DNA of 42,115 bases from a virus. Its lineage: Duplodnaviria; Caudoviricetes. The stretch covers positions 1-42,115 of IMG/VR virus record IMGVR_UViG_3300032136_000009. The stretch is one strand, 5' to 3'. This document shows, one piece after another, positions 18,171 through 27,164 of this stretch (its first letter is position 1; each line of letters opens with the position of its first letter). A program made the translations under genes and the position numbers. The notes beneath the pieces were generated by a model. That model made no database searches. It was not told the DNA's origin and was given only the letters and a program-made list of their open reading frames with translations.

Positions 18171-18305
18171 AAAATGACCGGAACTGCCCCCCCAGTGAGG
18201 GTGCCTGCACTTCCGGTCATTATCATAAACCATTTAACCCACCAGCTTTTGGGTTTTAAATTAACCACTGGGCACACCCATGGGGGGGTGTGTTCCGGTC
18301 ATTTT
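18171..18305. repeat. Inverted-repeat-bounded element, copy A
   Basis: AAAATGACCGGAA (18171-18183) / TTCCGGTCATTTT (18293-18305); third partial copy at 18211-18221; AT-rich centre; homologous to 40776-40888. Confidence 0.9.
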
Positions 18306-18753
18306 CCCCAAAGCACCCCTTACACAACACTCCATCATCGCCATCACGGACATAAACCGGATCGTCAACGTCCGCTTTGATCACACGACCGCACTGCTTA
18401 CAGCGGAACACGCGCTTACATGTATCCGTTTCTTCTCGTCGCTTGCGTTCAAGGATGAGAAACGCATTCTTACCTAACATCAACCCTTCCATGGTCAGGT
18501 AAATGCGTCCGTCCAACGCAATGGTAATCAACCCTTTGGTCTCTGCCGCGCGCACCAGCTGGAGAGGATCTTCTACTCGCGGAAACACCGTACAGACCGC
18601 GCGCATAGCCTGTCCTTCTGTGGTTTGTTTGGACTGCCGCACCTCACGCTCGTACAGCGTGCCGAGCAGCATAATGTAAATACCCTTTAACGTCTCTGCA
18701 TCAGTCATGGGTTCTCCAGCGGGGAGTCTTGCTCTAGGCGAAGAAGCCATCAC
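18256..18753 (-). CDS. Hypothetical protein (wHTH-like segment plus CxxC...CxxC Zn finger)
   Basis: AETKGLITIALDGRIYLTMEG; CKQC...CKGC. Confidence 0.6.
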   Translation of the reverse strand: MMASSPRARLPAGEPMTDAETLKGIYIMLLGTLYEREVRQSKQTTEGQAMRAVCTVFPRVEDPLQLVRAAETKGLITIALDGRIYLTMEGLMLGKNAFLILERKRREETDTCKRVFRCKQCGRVIKADVDDPVYVRDGDDGVLCKGCFGENDRNTPPHGCAQWLI

Positions 18754-19081
18754 TCACCCCTTTCCCTAGTGTCCGTAACGAGCACATCACTTTATGCCTG
18801 TGCTTGACGGCTTTCTGAATAGCCTTAGCTAGTGTTTTTCCAACGAAACGCTTCTCCTTCCAACCTGTCCAAGCCGCGTCTACACCAATACAGTCCGGTG
18901 TGTGAATAGTAACCGCTGCTCCCGGATATTTGGTGAGTTGCTCAAGTCCCTTAAGTCCCTCCAGTGCGGCTTCCAGCGCCGCGATGCGTTGCTCTACGCA
19001 CGGTATACACCAGTAACGGTCACGCATGTAGATCAGGCCCCACACCATGCTACCACATTCACATTTTGGTCGCTCCATCAC
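18734..19081 (-). CDS. Hypothetical Zn-finger protein
   Basis: CECG...CIPC; SD GAGGGG. Confidence 0.6.
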   Translation of the reverse strand: MMERPKCECGSMVWGLIYMRDRYWCIPCVEQRIAALEAALEGLKGLEQLTKYPGAAVTIHTPDCIGVDAAWTGWKEKRFVGKTLAKAIQKAVKHRHKVMCSLRTLGKGVSDGFFA

Positions 19082-19337
19082 TCACCCCCTCTCGTCCGAA
19101 AGTCCTCACCAATATTTCACCTATTGCCTGCGTCTCGTTGTTCGTGATGAGATCGTAGTCTTGTACATACAACTTGGAAATGATGGCCTCCAGTTCCGCG
19201 ATGCGCTCGAACGGGCACGGCCCGTCGTGCGTGCAGATATACTGGACCGGTTCTCCGTCGTACACCGCTCGTATCTGTTTCTCGCAAGGCATCACTCTTT
19301 CTCCCATTCGCGCCATGCGTCGGCGTTGCGTTTGCAT
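19059..19337 (-). CDS. Hypothetical protein
   Basis: Operon context; ERIAELEA motif echoes QRIAALEA in the neighbour. Start uncertain. Confidence 0.55.
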   Translation of the reverse strand: MQTQRRRMARMGERVMPCEKQIRAVYDGEPVQYICTHDGPCPFERIAELEAIISKLYVQDYDLITNNETQAIGEILVRTFGREGVSDGATKM

Positions 19338-19356
19338 TCCCTGTACGGATCAATGT

Positions 19357-20889
19357 TCACACCTTCAAGAAAGGTATCTCGATACTCTTGTCTCGGCTCT
19401 TCGGGGGTCGGTACTCGTAGAGCACGTTACCATCCTTATCCCGTCCAACTGGCCAGAGTGCGCCTTCAAAGTATTGTAACGGACCTCTCGGCCCACTGAC
19501 ATCATTCCACGTTGTACGGAGCTTGTCTGCCCATGTGGTGTGAGTCCGTCGGTACACGTTCCGTGGACCGCTAATACACACCATCTGGTCTAACAGCACA
19601 TCCTCAGCCCAAAGCGGCACACCATCTACCGCACTAATGGTCCGGTCTTTGAGCTTACGCTCGTACATCTTCCTGGCGCGGACAAGTGCGTTTGTCGCGT
19701 TGTTCCGTTGCCAACCACCGAACATTGGATCGTTAGGCAGGATGCCGCAACAGCATCCGCTATCGTTGAGCTCTTTGAAGTGCGGATCACTAATGCCGAA
19801 GGTCCAGCCGAGCTTCTTGCACTCCTCGTAGATAGCGAGCGTAAGGTCTTCCTTCCATGCTCGACTGCTCCGCAGGCACTCACCCTTAATGCTGGTGGTG
19901 TCTTCATAGTGCTCGACAATCGGTATGCCACTACACTTCTCAATCTCTTTCCACATCCCTGCAATATGCGCAGGTCGACTCCCCGGAACAAACGCAAACT
20001 CCATGCTAATAGCCTGAGCACCCGCATCGGCCGCAGCACGGATAAGGTCCCTCCATGCCTTAGGGTGCTTACGCGTGCTATCAGACACACCCGGAAGAAT
20101 AGGACGGAAACGCAAACTCGCCTTACACCCCATGCGCGTAAGAGCACGCATAGCCGCGAGGCGTTCCTTAGGGGTCGGAGCGTCTTTGTCCACCTTGCTG
20201 AGGACCGAGCCGTCAATGCTAATCGTGCTGAACGCGAACCAATACAGCTCCGGCTTGACCCCGATGGCCTTGAGGTAACGCGGGTCCTGCAACAGAACCC
20301 CACCTTTGGTACTCACCCGAACAGGCTGATCGTACTTGTTGAAGATAGGCAACGCCTGCAACGCCCACCCCTGATGCCGCTCGATGTTGTCGAAGGGGTC
20401 TCCCAGCGCGCCGAACTGGATAGGGCAACGGTTGGGGGCCTTCTCACCACCGACCTCCAGTAGCGCACGATGCATGCGACCGGTCCAACCGTTCGGGTCA
20501 CACTTACCGCTGACCAAGCGTTCCACCTCAGCAAGACTCGTCTGCCCTACGGCATAGGCGCTCTCTGTGCCATGCGCGTAGGCTTCTCGCCTGCACGGAT
20601 CACGCATGAGGTAGTTACTGAAGCAGTACATGCACCGAAAGCTACACGTACTATGACTGTCCATTGCAACCGGCAAGGCACAGTCAAAGCCGTCCGCCGT
20701 GTAGCGGATGCCGCTGTAGTCCCGGAGCTTCCCTTTAAACGGCTTACAGAAGCTCCGCTTGTCACACTTCAGCGTGCAGTTACCACACCCTTCACTCTTC
20801 CCAACGCGCTCTCTCCAACCGTTACTGAGCATGTCCACGGTCTTGGCCTTGACTGCACGATTCTTCTTTCTCTTGGCTACTCGCGGCAT
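19357..20889 (-). CDS. Radical SAM protein (spore-photoproduct-lyase-like clade)
   Basis: CSFRCMYC (CxxxCxxC), GALGDPF, VSTKG, DAPTPKERL, RFRPILPGV; extra Cys clusters CGNCTLKC and GCCCG. Confidence 0.85.
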   Translation of the reverse strand: MPRVAKRKKNRAVKAKTVDMLSNGWRERVGKSEGCGNCTLKCDKRSFCKPFKGKLRDYSGIRYTADGFDCALPVAMDSHSTCSFRCMYCFSNYLMRDPCRREAYAHGTESAYAVGQTSLAEVERLVSGKCDPNGWTGRMHRALLEVGGEKAPNRCPIQFGALGDPFDNIERHQGWALQALPIFNKYDQPVRVSTKGGVLLQDPRYLKAIGVKPELYWFAFSTISIDGSVLSKVDKDAPTPKERLAAMRALTRMGCKASLRFRPILPGVSDSTRKHPKAWRDLIRAAADAGAQAISMEFAFVPGSRPAHIAGMWKEIEKCSGIPIVEHYEDTTSIKGECLRSSRAWKEDLTLAIYEECKKLGWTFGISDPHFKELNDSGCCCGILPNDPMFGGWQRNNATNALVRARKMYERKLKDRTISAVDGVPLWAEDVLLDQMVCISGPRNVYRRTHTTWADKLRTTWNDVSGPRGPLQYFEGALWPVGRDKDGNVLYEYRPPKSRDKSIEIPFLKV

Positions 20890-20914
20890 CGTTCTCTCCT
20901 TATCTAATTTAGTG

Positions 20915-21003
20915 GCCTACCTACCTAGGACAGACATACCATCATCGCTGCCTCGCATTTCGCCAGCATGTCGTCACCCACATCGGCAGAGGCGTAGGTA
21001 GGC
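20915..21003 (-). promoter_or_regulatory. Structured intergenic RNA upstream of the radical SAM RBS
   Basis: 10-bp closing stem GCCTACCTAC/GTAGGTAGGC with inner GCCTC/GAGGC, GCC/GGC and ATGT/ACAT helices. Confidence 0.5.
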
Positions 21004-21009
21004 GTCTCC

Positions 21010-21885
21010 TTACTTCCTTACCTTCTTGACCTTCCTCTTGACCTTCTTCCCCGCTGGAGAGGAGGGCAGTGGGAGGATTCCGCTTCCTGTGCAACGGTCA
21101 CAGCGAAGCCGACCCTTTAGACCGGTTTCGCGTCGATGCCCGTTACCACCACAGTCAGGACATGTGGGCCCATGTTTCACATCAAGCGCGTCCAAGAACT
21201 TTGCGGTCTCCAGCTCGCGACCCGTGGGTTCGCCTTTGCCGTTATACTTACGACTGAACTTCTGCATAACCTCTCTCAACGTTACGTCGTCGGGGAGCAT
21301 CATCCATGCCCATGCTTCCTGTTTGACCTTATCCGGATTATCACGGTTGAAGGTCTCCACTGCATCGGCGAAGGTCTGACTGGCTAGGTTGGCGTGCCGC
21401 TTGCGGAGGCCTTCAATCTCCACCTGCGAGAACCCACTCATCCGCTCAACCGTGCTCACCCCCACCTTACCGGTGTTCTTGAAGATCTCGCTCAGTCGTT
21501 CGCGATTCCACTGCGCCCATTCACTGGCCTTGTTATCTGAGATGGAGTACATCTCAGCTTCCTGTTCGCTGGCGAACGGCACGTAAATAACTGGTACATC
21601 GGCATAGCCTTCCATCTGCGCGGCTTTGATGCGTGTATGCCCTGCACGGATGACCCCGTCCGGCGTAGCAACGACCGGGTTGATGAAGCCGTTCTTGTCG
21701 AGTAGCTTACAGAGCTTCTCGGCTGCCTCATCGTTATGCCGAGGGTTCTTCTCCCACTCCGTCAGCTTGTCGATCGGCTCGTAGACGATCTGAAGCTTCC
21801 ACTTGTGCTTCTTCGCTGCCTTCTTCACAGATCGAGAGCTCTTCTTTGCTGCCTTCTTGACTGCACGTTTCTTCACCTTCGCCAT
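21010..21885 (-). CDS. ParB/Srx-domain protein with C-terminal DnaJ-type Zn finger
   Basis: NPRHND, GFINPVV, IRAGHTRIKAA, SDNK; CPDCGGNG...CDRCTGSG. Confidence 0.85.
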   Translation of the reverse strand: MAKVKKRAVKKAAKKSSRSVKKAAKKHKWKLQIVYEPIDKLTEWEKNPRHNDEAAEKLCKLLDKNGFINPVVATPDGVIRAGHTRIKAAQMEGYADVPVIYVPFASEQEAEMYSISDNKASEWAQWNRERLSEIFKNTGKVGVSTVERMSGFSQVEIEGLRKRHANLASQTFADAVETFNRDNPDKVKQEAWAWMMLPDDVTLREVMQKFSRKYNGKGEPTGRELETAKFLDALDVKHGPTCPDCGGNGHRRETGLKGRLRCDRCTGSGILPLPSSPAGKKVKRKVKKVRK

Positions 21886-22147
21886 GACCTACCTCCTGTT
21901 CTATGATTTCCCTGCACCTTAACTCATCATTGGACACGTAATACATCTTTCCACCATGCCCAAACGCAGCTTCGTTGCCTAACAGCTGTCTGAGCTTGTC
22001 CTCCGCTTGCTCGAACTCCCCTTCAGCCTCTTGGACTTGCGCGTTGATCCTCTGCCAATCCTCGTAGAGCTTATCACGCTTCCGGCGTGCAACGTTCATA
22101 CGCTCAACCACTTCCACAAGGTTGACTAGCTCAGATTGTTGGCTCAT
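21734..22147 (-). CDS. Hypothetical coiled-coil protein
   Basis: ATGA overlap with primase; its 3' part overlaps the ParB gene. Confidence 0.55.
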   Translation of the reverse strand: MSQQSELVNLVEVVERMNVARRKRDKLYEDWQRINAQVQEAEGEFEQAEDKLRQLLGNEAAFGHGGKMYYVSNDELRCREIIEQEVGHGEGEETCSQEGSKEELSICEEGSEEAQVEASDRLRADRQADGVGEEPSA

Positions 22148-24282
22148 CGCACTTTCCTCCTCACCTTAACCTTACGCTTCTTCTTTGCTACCTTACGCGG
22201 CGCACCAACCTTTACGCTCTTCTTTTGGTGTGCTTGCACCCAACGGCTCTCTCGCAAGTATAGCTGGAGATCCTCCATCAGGTCAACAAGAATTGCACTC
22301 AACCTCCACTCACCCGCCATGCCTCCGGGCTTCCGCTGCACAATGCCCAACAGGTCAAGGTCTTGTAACAGATATAGTACCGTGTTCTGTGGGAACCTTA
22401 CGAGGTCACTAACGGCACGCGTACTCATCCACCCACCCGACCGCTGAAGGTAAAGCGTCCGCACGACCATTTCAACACGGTCAGGCGCAGTATCGCACGC
22501 AACCTTGACGAGCGTTTGATACGTTTCTTGACTCAGTTCCTTTTCACGTTTGAACACACTAATACCCATGCCTAATTTTAGTAACTGTTTGCTCAGACGC
22601 GTAGGTACTTCAGGTGTAGGCTTGAATGTTACGTGCCCAGTGTACTTCTCTCTGCTGACCACGGCTCTCAGCCGTGCAACAAAATGAGCCAAGCCTGCAA
22701 TGCGTTCCAGCATACGCTCCGTGATCTTTGGCTGGTCTGCCATAGTTACCTTCCGGTTCAGGCAGTCAGAAGCCGCTTGGCACAGATTCTCTCTCATCTT
22801 ACCTTCACGAGTTACGTTTCGTAACGCGCGCATAACCGTTTCAAAATTACTGTTCTTGAAAGTCACTCCCATCACCTGCCCAGAGGGGATTTGATACTTC
22901 AAGAACCGTTCCCCTAACACAGACGAGTTAGCGAATGCTTCGATCGCAGGAGTGACTCCTGCAATAATACCGAACTTACTTACATACCTACGCACTACTC
23001 CGTTCCCGAAGTGCTTTTCAGTGCGTCCGTCGTATGCATCGCGCAGCACGCCGAACACCTCATCCCTTGCGAGTTGGTTCATACTAAGGATTGTAGTGAA
23101 GTCCTTGACTGCAAGAACCTTCCCGTTGAGGCGAGGTATCAGGCTTGGGTCGCCCTGACCGAAGCTCGCTCCGCTAACCAATGCATGCGGCGTAAGGCTG
23201 GTGGTCGTGTAGATGAGTGGCGCATCCGCCAACGGCATGATGAGTTCGCTCTTTGCACCTCCCGGCGGAGCAACGAGAAAAAGCCACAACGGGTCGCCAT
23301 CAAAGCGATTAGCGAAGATCGAACCAAAGAGCACGTACAGCGGTTCGACGTCCGGCAAGTGTAACCAGTCTCGGTAGGCTTTGACGACGACTTCCGGAGC
23401 AAGCCCTTCCCCATCCGGTTGCTCCGCGTTGACCTGTCCTTGCTCGGTATCATCATCCTCTGTCACCTTTGGCTGCTCGCTGGAGAGGAGCTTTTGGAGG
23501 GCGTCCCAGCATGTACGCGCGCTCTTTTTGCTATCGAGGTACAGGTCGCGAAGATCGTAGCCTTCACGGAACTTAACCGGCCACTGAATGTACTTGATGC
23601 GCTTGCATACGCTCCCAAACAGCTTAGTAAATCGCGTAGCCCCTTGCTCGCCTGCGGGGTCATTGTCGAAAGGCAACATGACTTCTTTATCATCGAACAC
23701 GAAGCCGAGCTTTTGGTGAAAGCCGTTCGCTCCTGCCAACCCTTTAATAGAATCCTCAATGCCCACCTTACTGAACACGTCCCGCAATACGCAAGCGTCC
23801 CACAAGCCTTCCGTCAACCAGATGCGGTTAGTCTTATTTTCCCCATTGACTTGGATGCAGCCGAAGTCTCGTCCGGTTGTGCTTAGAGCTTGTTTGCCTA
23901 TTCGATAACGCTGAATGTCTACAACGTTCCCTTTCGGGTCGTACAACGGGATAGCGTACCAACCCATCGCAGGGTTGTACCCTGTCCCGAACGCTCGAAG
24001 GCTCTTAACGCTTACGCCTCTATCTTTCGCGAGCTTCACGGCGACTGGTCCCCTAAAGAACCCCTGATACACCTCCATCCGTTGTACCAAAAAGCTATGA
24101 AACCCTCCTTGCTTTCCGCATACCTTACAGTCCCAACCCTTGCTCTTCGGGTTAACGAAGAACTTACGTTCACGGTCGCAGAACGGACAGCGTCCGCGAG
24201 CCTGCTCATCGTCAGCTTGGTCAAACTGGACTCCATGCTGCGTGAACCCTGCGAGTTGCTTTTTGACGCGCTCTTCTATCAC
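22144..24282 (-). CDS. Primase-helicase: Zn ribbon + TOPRIM + AAA+ ATPase + C-terminal wHTH
   Basis: CPFC...CKVC; LTEGLWD, FDNDPAG, DLRD; VAPPGGAKS, VLAVKDF, LRDAYDG; wHTH-like STRAVSDLVRFPQNTVLYLLQDLDLLGIV. Confidence 0.88.
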   Translation of the reverse strand: MIEERVKKQLAGFTQHGVQFDQADDEQARGRCPFCDRERKFFVNPKSKGWDCKVCGKQGGFHSFLVQRMEVYQGFFRGPVAVKLAKDRGVSVKSLRAFGTGYNPAMGWYAIPLYDPKGNVVDIQRYRIGKQALSTTGRDFGCIQVNGENKTNRIWLTEGLWDACVLRDVFSKVGIEDSIKGLAGANGFHQKLGFVFDDKEVMLPFDNDPAGEQGATRFTKLFGSVCKRIKYIQWPVKFREGYDLRDLYLDSKKSARTCWDALQKLLSSEQPKVTEDDDTEQGQVNAEQPDGEGLAPEVVVKAYRDWLHLPDVEPLYVLFGSIFANRFDGDPLWLFLVAPPGGAKSELIMPLADAPLIYTTTSLTPHALVSGASFGQGDPSLIPRLNGKVLAVKDFTTILSMNQLARDEVFGVLRDAYDGRTEKHFGNGVVRRYVSKFGIIAGVTPAIEAFANSSVLGERFLKYQIPSGQVMGVTFKNSNFETVMRALRNVTREGKMRENLCQAASDCLNRKVTMADQPKITERMLERIAGLAHFVARLRAVVSREKYTGHVTFKPTPEVPTRLSKQLLKLGMGISVFKREKELSQETYQTLVKVACDTAPDRVEMVVRTLYLQRSGGWMSTRAVSDLVRFPQNTVLYLLQDLDLLGIVQRKPGGMAGEWRLSAILVDLMEDLQLYLRESRWVQAHQKKSVKVGAPRKVAKKKRKVKVRRKVR

Positions 24283-24312
24283 CCCTCACTCCTTCATCCG
24301 CTTGAGTCAGTA

Positions 24313-24480
24313 CTAACCGCTGTTCTGCTGCGACTCTTTGTCCTTGCGTTCCTGCATCCAAGTCAACAGCTTGAGCAGCTCCAAGCGAGTGAAGTATTGG
24401 CTCGCCTTCCGTCTGCTAATGCCTGCAATAGCGCAGATACGATCCGCTAGTGCAGGTCGGTTAAACCTCTGCTTTGACAT
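24313..24480 (-). CDS. 55-aa basic protein (below track cutoff)
   Basis: SD AAGGAG; MSKQRFNRPALADRICAIAGISRRKASQYF...; fills the gap between polymerase and primase. Confidence 0.55.
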   Translation of the reverse strand: MSKQRFNRPALADRICAIAGISRRKASQYFTRLELLKLLTWMQERKDKESQQNSG

Positions 24481-26287
24481 TTAGCTTGTACTCCTTAGTC
24501 TCGGCCCAGGTGACTATCGCGTACTCGACTTCTACCTCCAGCGGGACTTCCATCTGCGGACAGTAGCACATCTGCTCTCTGATTCCCATCATCAACCGGT
24601 GTAACGCTTCTTCCTCTAACAACCGATGCGGCACCTCAAATACGATTTCATCATGGATCGGCAGGATCATGAATACATCGGGGTACTCATGCATCAACCA
24701 AGGGTGCAGTTGGGCTTGGCCCCTCTTGCAGATCTCCGCCGCTGTGCCTTGCGTCTTGTAGTTCATACCTTTGAAGGCATGGTTTTTCGGTACGTAGATT
24801 GGCCGACCGAAGAGCGTCGTGGCGTAGCCGGTTTCGTGGATCTCCTCCGCAACGTTACGGCTCAAACTGCTATGCGCAGGCCAACGAGCAGCATAACGAT
24901 CGAACGCGCGTTTCCCTTCCACAGCGTCCAGCCCTAACGTTGCCATTACCTTCTTCCATCCTGCTCCGTAAGGGATAGCAAAGTTCGCGTTCTTGCTGGC
25001 CTTGCGGAGCGTCTTGCGCTTCTTCGGATCCTTCTCATGTGTGTAACGTTTACCGAAGAACGCTTCGGCCGCTAGAGCATGCACATCGTCATCCGGTACT
25101 GCACGGATGAGTCGATCCATTAGCTCCGGTTCCTGTGAGTACTGAATGAGGATGCGTGCCTCAATACCTTTGTAATCTACGTGAAAGTTCACCCGCTTCC
25201 GACGTGGACGGAAACACCGTCTCGCTGGGATGGGGTAAGGGTTGAGTAGCACGCCTTCCTGCTCTACGTTCTGTAGGTTGGGTCGGCTACAGCTCTCACG
25301 ACCCGTCTGCGCTCCGCAAGTCTTGATGTCCGGGTGAATGACCCCGAACGCGTCCGCAAGGTCAAGGTAGCTAGCGATGATAGACTGCCCCCTCACCCAA
25401 CTACGGTACGCTTGGATCAATCCTAACAGAGGGTTGTCTCGGAGTTCCTTCAGCGCTGCGAGCGTATGCTTGTCAACAGCTCGCTTACCAGTCCGCGTCT
25501 TCTTGATCAAGGGGTACTTAAGCTCATCGTATATTACATGGGCCACCTGATCTGCATTCCCTGGCTTAAAACTCGGATAGGTTCGATAACGAATCTTCTC
25601 GAGCGTGTCCTGCTCCTTTGCGCGGAGCTCTTGGATGAGCTTTCGGCAGTTGTTCCGGTTGAGCATTACACCGCGTCGCTCGATGCGAATGGTTGCCCAA
25701 ATGAGTTTGAGCTCGAATGTGTAGATGTCCAGTAACAGCGGATCCGACTGAATCTTTGGCCAGAAGAACAGGAATAAAAGCATCGTCCGGTCCACGTCCG
25801 CAGCTTGATACGCGTCCATTAAATGTTCAGGCACGCGCTCGAATCCCTTGCCACCTACAATGTAAGGCTTAATCGCCTTGTCCGCCTTCCGGCTATACCC
25901 TGCAAGGTCCCACGCTAAATCATCGAGAGCGTGTGAGTAATGATCAGTGATGAGGAGCTTCGCCATGATGTAAGTATCATGTATCACGTTACCTTCCAAG
26001 CTCTCCAGCTGGAGGCAACTCTCCGTGAACGCAATGTCGAACTTAGCGTTATGCATGACCTTTGGGGTGAGCCGTCCATCTCCGGTCCACAGGTTCTTCA
26101 AGTGATGGGTGTTCGCTGCTTGGGTACACTTGCGGTCCAAGCGGCGCACATCCACCTCCTGCTTTGCTGTGCATGTAGCGTAAGAGAACACACTATCTCC
26201 ACCATGATAGTTCAGTCCGGTTGTCTCTACGTCGTAGGAGAGCGCTGGTCGGTTGTTGCCGCTCCAGTTGTAAGGGTCCATCCGCAC
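24461..26287 (-). CDS. polA: DNA polymerase family A with 3'-5' exonuclease
   Basis: YDVETTGL, HNAKFD, TGRESCSRPNLQN, VDYKGIEARIL, RKASKNANFAIPYG, QGTAAEI, IHDEI. Confidence 0.95.
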   Translation of the reverse strand: MRMDPYNWSGNNRPALSYDVETTGLNYHGGDSVFSYATCTAKQEVDVRRLDRKCTQAANTHHLKNLWTGDGRLTPKVMHNAKFDIAFTESCLQLESLEGNVIHDTYIMAKLLITDHYSHALDDLAWDLAGYSRKADKAIKPYIVGGKGFERVPEHLMDAYQAADVDRTMLLFLFFWPKIQSDPLLLDIYTFELKLIWATIRIERRGVMLNRNNCRKLIQELRAKEQDTLEKIRYRTYPSFKPGNADQVAHVIYDELKYPLIKKTRTGKRAVDKHTLAALKELRDNPLLGLIQAYRSWVRGQSIIASYLDLADAFGVIHPDIKTCGAQTGRESCSRPNLQNVEQEGVLLNPYPIPARRCFRPRRKRVNFHVDYKGIEARILIQYSQEPELMDRLIRAVPDDDVHALAAEAFFGKRYTHEKDPKKRKTLRKASKNANFAIPYGAGWKKVMATLGLDAVEGKRAFDRYAARWPAHSSLSRNVAEEIHETGYATTLFGRPIYVPKNHAFKGMNYKTQGTAAEICKRGQAQLHPWLMHEYPDVFMILPIHDEIVFEVPHRLLEEEALHRLMMGIREQMCYCPQMEVPLEVEVEYAIVTWAETKEYKLNVKAEV

Positions 26288-26334
26288 CAGCGCTCTCCTT
26301 TCCTCTATCCTCTTTCTATCCGCTCGCTAGTGGC

Positions 26335-27138
26335 CTAGCGCTTGCCGCGTTTGACGGTCTTCTTTTTGCTTGCCGCAGGTTTCTTCGCGGCAGGCTTCGC
26401 CGCCTTCTTTGCGGCAGGCTTCTTGACGGCCTTCTTCGGCGGAGGCACAGGGTCCGGCTCTTCTTCCTGTACTTCAACCGGTTCGCATCCTTCGATTGGG
26501 ACGGTCCATTCCTCACCGTCCACGTCAACCTTGGCCATCTCTTCGTCTTCCGGGTCGACCTTAGTAAACGTGCCGATGTGCTCGTTCTCTTCGTCATCTT
26601 TGAAAGCGACGGTGTCGCCTTCGGCGAGCAGTGCATTGTCGTCGCCGTCCTCACCCTCGGCTTCGGCTTCGGCTTCGGCTTCGGGTTCAGCTTCCGCTTC
26701 GCCTTCCTCCTCTCCATCATCCTGCAAGTCGACCAGCTCCTGAACGCGAACGTTCTTGAAGTCGCCACTGGTCTTGACTTGGCCGATGTAGGTCGGATGC
26801 TCTTGGCTGATCTGCGCAACAACATCCGGCAGATCTTCGGCACGCGCGGGGATGTCGTACCCCATCTGCTCGATCCATTGGCCGACGAAGTAAGGTCCCT
26901 TCTCCGTTTCGAGGCTCATGAAGTCAGTGATGGTCTCACCCTTCAATTCACCATCAGCCACTGTATGTACGCGTTTGATACGCAGCTTACCACTCGTCTG
27001 CGCTTCGCCCAGCTCGGCTTCTTGTAGCTGGAAGATGTGCTCACCATCGGGCACCTTGCTCATCACCTCTTCGCGGTTCTTCCATTCCTTGTTCATGGCC
27101 GAGAGGCGATTCTTGTACGGGCTACCTGCCATCTTCAT
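26335..27138 (-). CDS. SSB-like (DUF669-like) protein with acidic linker and Lys/Ala/Pro tail
   Basis: VPDGEHIFQLQEAEL...SGK...GELKGETITD; position between AAA ATPase and polymerase. Confidence 0.6.
   Translation of the reverse strand: MKMAGSPYKNRLSAMNKEWKNREEVMSKVPDGEHIFQLQEAELGEAQTSGKLRIKRVHTVADGELKGETITDFMSLETEKGPYFVGQWIEQMGYDIPARAEDLPDVVAQISQEHPTYIGQVKTSGDFKNVRVQELVDLQDDGEEEGEAEAEPEAEAEAEAEGEDGDDNALLAEGDTVAFKDDEENEHIGTFTKVDPEDEEMAKVDVDGEEWTVPIEGCEPVEVQEEEPDPVPPPKKAVKKPAAKKAAKPAAKKPAASKKKTVKRGKR
26657..26703. repeat. 6-bp tandem repeat encoding (Glu-Ala)n
   Basis: (ttcggc)n. Confidence 0.8.
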
Positions 27139-27164
27139 GTCTCCTTGTTCTGTGTGGGTTCTTC

